Shown here: one piece after another, positions 59,101 to 64,000 of the stretch | How positions within the stretch are numbered: position 1 is the first letter of the stretch | Layout: the number at the start of each line of letters is the position of its first letter | DNA from: Thermoplasmata archaeon | Lineage (GTDB): Archaea; Thermoplasmatota; Thermoplasmata; RBG-16-68-12; JAFNFQ01 | Direction of reading: 5' to 3' | NCBI GenBank assembly: GCA_041489255.1 | Contig: JBGPQV010000002.1 | Coordinates: forward strand, 160,001 to 224,000 | DNA: 64,000 nt | Made by a program: the position numbers and the translations under genes | The notes under the pieces: model-generated | Seen by the model: the letters and a program-made list of their open reading frames with translations, nothing else | What the model was told of the DNA's origin: nothing | Databases searched by the model: none

Positions 59101-59550
59101 GAAGGCAGGCTGAGAGACAAGGAGACGAAGTTGAAGGAAGTCGTCGAAGAGATCGATTCACGCGGAAACGAGGTCGAAGGCGACGCAAACATGCTTAAGT
59201 CTGATAGAACCGAGCTTGAGAGATCATGGAAGGAATTGCAGAGGCAAGAGAAGGATGTCGCGGCTCTCAGGAAAGAAACCTTGGCGGCGAGAGACGCGCT
59301 AAATGCCAGGTTGAGGCGACTCGACGAGGAGAGAAAGGAATTAGGACGGAAACAGCGCGGAGCCGCCGCAAGAGCGCGCGAGGGATTGACCAAAGAAAGG
59401 AAAGCGCTTCAGAAGGCCAAGCGTGAACTCGACAAAGCATGGAGCGCCATTGCCGAGAAGGAGAAATGGCTGTCCATTCGCGCGAGAGAACTGGACTCGA
59501 AGGCGAAAGCAATCCAGCTGACGAAGCAGAGGCTAACAAGGCTGTTCTGA
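56194..59550 (+). CDS. Very long coiled-coil protein (about 1118 aa)
   Basis: Nearly continuous E/K/R/L/A heptads; GTG start overlapping the previous TGA; no Walker A or TM. Confidence 0.85.
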   Translation: MIPTGLRDKARELAGNEETEEQKAAVPPTADDVSISEPDTVTVPRSQLQKLETGLRELEQKLKDSQKEAKDRAEHLGRELKRAGETLNARESELADMGEMVAELERTGKELAKEKKELEARLAQEGETGKKTSRLKKELDDTNALLRKKEDELSDLRQELDSLTGEVEAFRMARALTEDRFKKDLQQVKSKLENAETRGLEMKKEAELAKTREESANEILEEKDRLLRADQENLEREKKENAGLKEMLRQNRESAKSREKELNDSMSGLMAELAERRGETENLRLQIDKSGDISTREKRLRDEANRLDSKAKELGAKEASLRTLEENLSATKKELENEINTLEDAKRGIEASRAELERREREAKATDKKLSAAKDDIDKQRLTLEQESAALKSEKIALDSTITELERERGNLAAQEKELSKREKNLAKKQGELDERLRTAQDEKQAVSSAAKAVEREKEEITSRKTEIEALAAELARQEENLDAKMEGLQNERERNETALRELDSRYEEFSRRELALTKLDADLQKKKASLDELGPEMAQERERLDGEGKEFQRRREELLALERSVSEMQAAFQSKRESLSREVKDLEAKSKKEEKRLSALEDDIKGREQEVSRITAEIKVKQSALENLEKELKNREAALERKDQELRERDMGVQASFVETQAEKERLESLRVQLETVKRDLEEQERSVAASASELARRTARVEEEEAEWRNRKQELDGERKILQEQERALARLKAGVEKEKAVLDARGNAANQKIKEDARSAERLKDREKRLADLERELVAKETVLQGRIKELEGFEGRVSERTGALDSNLREIGEIRRDLDLRERDLAAALERASGREGTSKELKIRIQHDKAEIDRERNELERMRTAVRKEAEDLDKKEMRLRQSESLLEARTAELLKMHKSVDEDRKQLRTTQMKMLQEVAKAEKEAGKKQARAFERIERERRGVSLEREKLAEMLKAKSSLRDAEGRLRDKETKLKEVVEEIDSRGNEVEGDANMLKSDRTELERSWKELQRQEKDVAALRKETLAARDALNARLRRLDEERKELGRKQRGAAARAREGLTKERKALQKAKRELDKAWSAIAEKEKWLSIRARELDSKAKAIQLTKQRLTRLF

Positions 59551-59560
59551 AAGCCCAAGC

Positions 59561-60202
59561 TCAAGTATCTTCAGCGGGAGCGATCACCGCGGCGTCGACC
59601 TCGGCTGGCTGGCTCAAGTAGTAGAGGAATATCGTACCGAAGATCGGGACGAATATCAGCGAACTGAGGATGTGCAGCAGGGTGAACGGCACCTGCATCC
59701 CCAGCGTTTGCCAGATCGATTGGCTGATCGGCGGTTTCCCTATTATCGTCAGCCACATTCCAGCAGCGGTCCAGATGTCGTAGAAGATCGTGAGCGGGAT
59801 GCTTATCGAGGTGAGAACGGCGATGGACTTGAGGCGGAACGCGAGATGGCGGCGGCGGGTGGCCGAGCCGATCAAGGAGATCATCACGTATCCGGAATAG
59901 ATGAAAAGGGCGAGCGCGGCGATGTCGCCGAGTGGATAGAACCCTGGGTATCGCGCGACATAGATGATCGCGTCTGTGGAGAGCATGATGGATATCGGGA
60001 CGATCACGACATACATCCCGCCAAGGTATGTGCCGGCAAGCAGCGATGCCACCAGAACCGTTTCGATGTTCGCTAGGTTCAGCAGAAGGAGTCGCCCGAC
60101 TATCCCGATGAGTATCAGCAAGAGAGCTGCCCTGAACTTCTTGTTGCCGAGCCTGAGCTCATGCAGACTCAGGGACTCCCCGATGCCTCTCCGAAGGTTC
60201 AA
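59561..60202 (-). CDS. ECF transporter S component (CbrT-like, probable cobalamin)
   Basis: GRLLL..LANIETV (PN.E.V-like), 5-6 TMs, PFTLLHILSS; TTG start overlapping the upstream TGA. Confidence 0.7.
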   Translation of the reverse strand: MNLRRGIGESLSLHELRLGNKKFRAALLLILIGIVGRLLLLNLANIETVLVASLLAGTYLGGMYVVIVPISIMLSTDAIIYVARYPGFYPLGDIAALALFIYSGYVMISLIGSATRRRHLAFRLKSIAVLTSISIPLTIFYDIWTAAGMWLTIIGKPPISQSIWQTLGMQVPFTLLHILSSLIFVPIFGTIFLYYLSQPAEVDAAVIAPAEDT

Positions 60203-60657
60203 GGCGGATATTGAGCGAAACGCCATTCCAGCACGTCTCCGTCGTTCAGGGCGGCGTGGTTCGCACCGACAGAGCCATAGACTCCGTCGATCCAATATTG
60301 CCACCACCGTCCGCTATCACCATTCACGTCACCGCCAATCGAGTGGACGAACACCGAGTCCGGCGGTACCGTCCAGTTCTGCCAGACCACCGAGAAGTGG
60401 AGGGCACGCGCAGCTTCCAGCAGGAAAGAGAAAGCGGTGTTGTTGCGGCTCGCGTTCGACTCGAACGAGATGCTCCACCCCCCGCCCGCAACGTCTAGCC
60501 TGAGATGGAGGCCCTCACTCGGCGGCGGAACCCCTTGCGAGAATGATGCATTCGCGAGCGCCCACACGCCAGCGACGGACGCAGTGAGGCATGCGGCAAA
60601 TGCGATGGCTGCAAGAACTGACCGCCGGTTGATATTCCAAGCCGCCTTGCGTTTCAG
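60199..60657 (-). CDS. DUF4430 (transcobalamin C-terminal-like) membrane-anchored protein
   Basis: TAFSFLLEAA, FVHSIGG..NG...WWQYWIDG.YG.VGA....L.DGD.LEW; TM lies upstream of the ORF-track start (60567), so a CTG start at 60657 is proposed. Confidence 0.8.
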   Translation of the reverse strand: MKRKAAWNINRRSVLAAIAFAACLTASVAGVWALANASFSQGVPPPSEGLHLRLDVAGGGWSISFESNASRNNTAFSFLLEAARALHFSVVWQNWTVPPDSVFVHSIGGDVNGDSGRWWQYWIDGVYGSVGANHAALNDGDVLEWRFAQYPP

Positions 60658-62321
60658 CGTTCCCGCCTCCTCACGAGGTAGAAACCGCCTGCAATCACCG
60701 CAACAACGACGAGCGGGACGATGACGAGTATGGCGTAGGTGAGAGCTGACGGGCCTTCGTTTCCCACTTCACTTGGACAGCCCAGCGCGTAGACGAAACC
60801 GTTGTCAGAGGCCATATAGACAATGCCGTCGGCAACAATCGGCGATGAGATTGTGTAGTTCACGGGCGTGGGCATGTACGTCCAAAGCGGATCGCCGCTG
60901 TTCGCGTCGAGAACGTACAGGGTGCCGTACGCCTCGTTCGTGGTCGCGAAGACCGCTCCGTCTGCATACACCAACGAGGACTGAACCGGTCCGCTCAGCG
61001 TCGTCTCCCACAGCTTTTGCCCGGTCATTGAGAGGGCAATCACATTCCCCTTCTGACCCATGATTCCGTCCGCCACGAACAATCTCGAGCCATCCGTGGC
61101 GGGAGATGATGTCGAATTCCCCATCGCATATGTCCACGCCTCGGTGCCGTTAAACCTCGCCGCGTGCACCGTCCCATCTCGGCTCGTGAAGAACACGAGA
61201 GAGCCGACGACCACTGGGGAGGAAGCCACCGATCCCGCTGTGGGCATGAACCACCGCTCCGACCCGTCGGAGATGTTCAATGCAAGCAGGCCGTATGGCG
61301 GGTTGAATGAGTAAGTCGAGCCGTCGAAGTGCCCCGCAACTCCGACATAGAGCGTGTCATCTCTGATGGCGGGAGTTGACAGGTGGATCGAGGGTGAAAC
61401 TTGCTTCCAGACTATCGCCCCGTTCCAGACGTTGACCGCGACGATCCCGCCGTCACCGCCGCTCTCGTTGAACAGACCCACGTAGACTCTATCCATGTAT
61501 TGCTTTGGCGATGATGCAATCCCTGTGAAAATCGGAGAGGGCACCAAACGCGTGCTCCAGATATCGGTGCCGTTGGAAGCGTCGATGTAGTGGAGATACC
61601 CATCTCGTCCGCCAACCAACGCTCCTCCGTTGAACACGGCAGGTGAAGACATACCGGAGATGTCCGACCTCTCCCGGACTGGGGCGCCGCTGTCCGCGTC
61701 CAGAATGAAGAAACCCGCCCACGTCGGCACCAGCAGCGTCCCGTAGGCAGCAGCCGGTGTCCCGCTGATCTCGAACGCCTGAGTGTCGAACTGCCATCTG
61801 AGCGAGTGGTCGCCACACAAGCTGCCGGAGTAATGTCCTGAGTTTGAGACGTCCTTCCTGAATGAGGTATATGGGTAGGGATGCAGCGGGGAGGGCACTG
61901 GTCTCGTGTTGACCAACGTGTCTGGATTATCCACGGCGAGGTACCACGCGATTATGTCCCCGGCACTGAGATTCAGCTCCGCGGCGCCCAGCTGAGAGAT
62001 TTCCCATCTGGAACCTGAATCGGTCCATTGAAACAGATGCCACCACAACGGATACGATGGATGGCGGTCACCGATATCCTGGACCATCACGCCGAATGAG
62101 AACCAGCGGTAGGTCAGGTTCAGACCTGATGCATCGGATGCTCTTGCGGTCATGTTGAAGGCCGTTCTGTTAAGGCCGACGTCTACTTCCGTCCACAGGT
62201 AAGTCCCGTCACCGAAATCAAACAGCACCTTCACGCTTGAATCGGCTCCGAGGGATGTTGGCTGCAGGGCAAGCGCTCCCAGAGCCACGATCGCCGCCAG
62301 CATTGCGGGGAAAATCCTCAT
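60654..62321 (-). CDS. Surface protein: DUF4430-like domain plus PQQ-type beta-propeller, C-terminal TM
   Basis: Signal peptide; FDFGDG...FG.MV..I....WWHLF.W...W..S..GA..L.L..GD.IAW; repeated SSP..DG / G..W blades. Confidence 0.85.
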   Translation of the reverse strand: MRIFPAMLAAIVALGALALQPTSLGADSSVKVLFDFGDGTYLWTEVDVGLNRTAFNMTARASDASGLNLTYRWFSFGVMVQDIGDRHPSYPLWWHLFQWTDSGSRWEISQLGAAELNLSAGDIIAWYLAVDNPDTLVNTRPVPSPLHPYPYTSFRKDVSNSGHYSGSLCGDHSLRWQFDTQAFEISGTPAAAYGTLLVPTWAGFFILDADSGAPVRERSDISGMSSPAVFNGGALVGGRDGYLHYIDASNGTDIWSTRLVPSPIFTGIASSPKQYMDRVYVGLFNESGGDGGIVAVNVWNGAIVWKQVSPSIHLSTPAIRDDTLYVGVAGHFDGSTYSFNPPYGLLALNISDGSERWFMPTAGSVASSPVVVGSLVFFTSRDGTVHAARFNGTEAWTYAMGNSTSSPATDGSRLFVADGIMGQKGNVIALSMTGQKLWETTLSGPVQSSLVYADGAVFATTNEAYGTLYVLDANSGDPLWTYMPTPVNYTISSPIVADGIVYMASDNGFVYALGCPSEVGNEGPSALTYAILVIVPLVVVAVIAGGFYLVRRRER

Positions 62322-62412
62322 TCAAGTTCACTTTACAAAATTACAGAACACTTTAATGCATATAAAGCTTAAGGCGCGCATATTTATCAGGACGGAGTGA
62401 TACGAGTCCCCC

Positions 62413-63207
62413 ATGAGAGTGCTGCGGGACGTGCGAGAGTCTACGAAGCTCCTGATTCTCAAGGAACTCACGGCGCGCCGACACTCTAGATTGCGCACCG
62501 TCGCTGAGCGGCTCGACATCACGGTGCAGGGCGTCTCCGAGTACATGAAGCTCATGAGCAAGGAAGGACTGATCCGGAATGTGGACGGAGACTGGAGGGC
62601 GACAAGGAAAGGGGTCGAGTTCCTCCAGGCGAACTTCCTTGCGCTCAAAGAGTTCGTAGAGTCGTCCGTCAAGGAGATGAGCATAGTGGACATCGCCGCC
62701 GCTGTCGCGGGCACCGAAATCAAGGAGGGCGAGAAGGTCGGGCTCTTCATGGAAAAAGGCGAACTCGTGGCATATCCAGGAAAAAGCTCGACATCGCGCG
62801 GAGTCGCGGTCCATGCGGCATCGAAGGGAGAGGATCTCGGAGTGAGAGAGCTGGAGGGCATAGTGCGGCTTCATCCGGGCAAGGTGACGATCCTGCGGAT
62901 ACCGTCGGTCCGCGACGGCGGGACCAGACGGCTCGATTCGGGGAAGGTGGGCCGCATCGTGAAACGACGTTCAACTGAGGTCGTGGCGGCCGTTGACCTG
63001 GTCGGCAGAGTCATGGCTCGCAGAATCGGGCTCCCTGTGGACATTTCATTCTCGGCGCTCCCCGCCACCCTCGAGGCCGCACAGCACGGACTGGACGTCC
63101 TAGTGCTCTGCCCAGAGGACCGAGTCGCGGAGTTCATCGGAGGAATAGAGGAAACCAACTCCCGCCTCGAAGAGAAGATTGCCTACGAGACGGTCAGCGC
63201 GACCTGA
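62413..63207 (+). CDS. Winged-HTH transcriptional regulator (COG1497-like)
   Basis: VAERLDITVQGVSEYMK.M.KEGLI...W..T.KGVE; A.A...IK.G.KVGLFM..G.L.A; AA.HGLDV. Confidence 0.8.
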   Translation: MRVLRDVRESTKLLILKELTARRHSRLRTVAERLDITVQGVSEYMKLMSKEGLIRNVDGDWRATRKGVEFLQANFLALKEFVESSVKEMSIVDIAAAVAGTEIKEGEKVGLFMEKGELVAYPGKSSTSRGVAVHAASKGEDLGVRELEGIVRLHPGKVTILRIPSVRDGGTRRLDSGKVGRIVKRRSTEVVAAVDLVGRVMARRIGLPVDISFSALPATLEAAQHGLDVLVLCPEDRVAEFIGGIEETNSRLEEKIAYETVSAT

Positions 63208-63209
63208 TT

Positions 63210-63998
63210 TCATTCCAATATCGAGACATCGTCGAGCTTCCCGTCCCCGTCTCTGTCCAATCCAAGGACGACTTTGTAGAACTCTGCCTCCCCGTGGTAG
63301 TCATACAGAACCTTCTCGCTGAGCTGCGTCACGCCGAGTATGGTCGCGAGAGTGCCCATATAATGCAAACCCCAGAGCAGCAGCATCTTCTTCTCTGTGC
63401 GCCAAGGATTCGGGACCTTGGCAATCAACCCGGAATATTCCTCGGAATATGTCCGACCCGTGATCGAGGATTGAATCTTCCAAGCATCCCGCCACTCGAA
63501 ACGCACTTTAAGATGCTCGTTCGCGTCCATCGAGACGATGTTCGCCACTGGCCCCCCGACCAGCATCATGTTCGATCTCTCGAGGCCTTCGGCCTTGACT
63601 TCGGTGTCTAGCCTGACCGAGATGCCTTTTGGCGGCGCGAAAAGTTGACCCAGCCTGAGGCCCAGCTGGACAGCGTAAGGGGAATCGCGGGCCACGGTCA
63701 GGAACGGACCGTGCGGATGGGGAGAGCCGACGACAACATAACCGTCCAGGATACCGTCGCGGGAGAATTCCCCAAGGAATTCCCTCAGCTTCGCGGGCGC
63801 GGCGCCCGGACCTGTAGTGACTGGCGTCCCATTCCCACGCAGCTGCACGCCGAACGCATCCGCCACGGGGGCATAGTAGCGGCACAAGCCACCCCGTCTC
63901 TGCTCTTGCCTGACGACTTTGAGCATTCCAGCCGCCGCGAGACGCCTGATGTGGTAGTAGACCTTCTGTTCGTGGACATCAAGCTTCTTCGCAAGCGA
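63210..63998 (-). CDS. ArsR-like HTH regulator with C-terminal ligand-binding-like domain, 5'-truncated by the window edge
   Basis: LAKKLDVHEQKVYYHIRRL..AG.L; VVGSP.PHGP...ARD; LDTEV; N..LVGGPVAN. Confidence 0.8.
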   Translation of the reverse strand, partial: SLAKKLDVHEQKVYYHIRRLAAAGMLKVVRQEQRRGGLCRYYAPVADAFGVQLRGNGTPVTTGPGAAPAKLREFLGEFSRDGILDGYVVVGSPHPHGPFLTVARDSPYAVQLGLRLGQLFAPPKGISVRLDTEVKAEGLERSNMMLVGGPVANIVSMDANEHLKVRFEWRDAWKIQSSITGRTYSEEYSGLIAKVPNPWRTEKKMLLLWGLHYMGTLATILGVTQLSEKVLYDYHGEAEFYKVVLGLDRDGDGKLDDVSILE

Positions 63999-64000
63999 GC

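Noticed and set aside
56194-59550. SMC/Rad50 ATPase
   Set aside because: No Walker A/B, signature motif, hinge or zinc hook
62322-62412. Cobalamin riboswitch
   Set aside because: The region is too short and AT-rich and lacks B12-box motifs

Overview
This is a GC-rich archaeal chromosomal window, most likely from an uncultured Thermoplasmata lineage. The evidence is a Thermoplasma-type zinc ferredoxin, GGGP/DGGGP ether-lipid synthases, the rps13-rps4-rps11-rpoD operon, archaeal PheT and intron-containing tRNAs. The flanks (1-22 kb and 47.6-64 kb) hold mostly housekeeping genes: a GlnRS (unusual in archaea), KorAB, a SudA/GltD-like oxidoreductase, RidA, PdxT, nitroreductase, four tRNAs, two long coiled-coil proteins and a probable cobalamin-uptake operon. 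The centre (22-47.6 kb) is an accessory cell-surface region with three giant proteins (1558, about 1710 and 2961 aa), an IS481 remnant, a 21-bp quasi-palindromic repeat array and a probable integrase remnant. The best candidate for an undescribed system is the 2961-aa secreted protein, whose hydrophobic C-terminal tip has different codon usage. It is followed directly by a small membrane protein, two diverged paralogous small genes and a C39-peptidase/wHTH gene pair, which resembles a polymorphic toxin-immunity locus. Also notable is a tRNA-Ser(UGA) with a 30-nt T-loop intron (59/60) in an intact bulge-helix-bulge motif. All calls were made by eye; no database searches were run.
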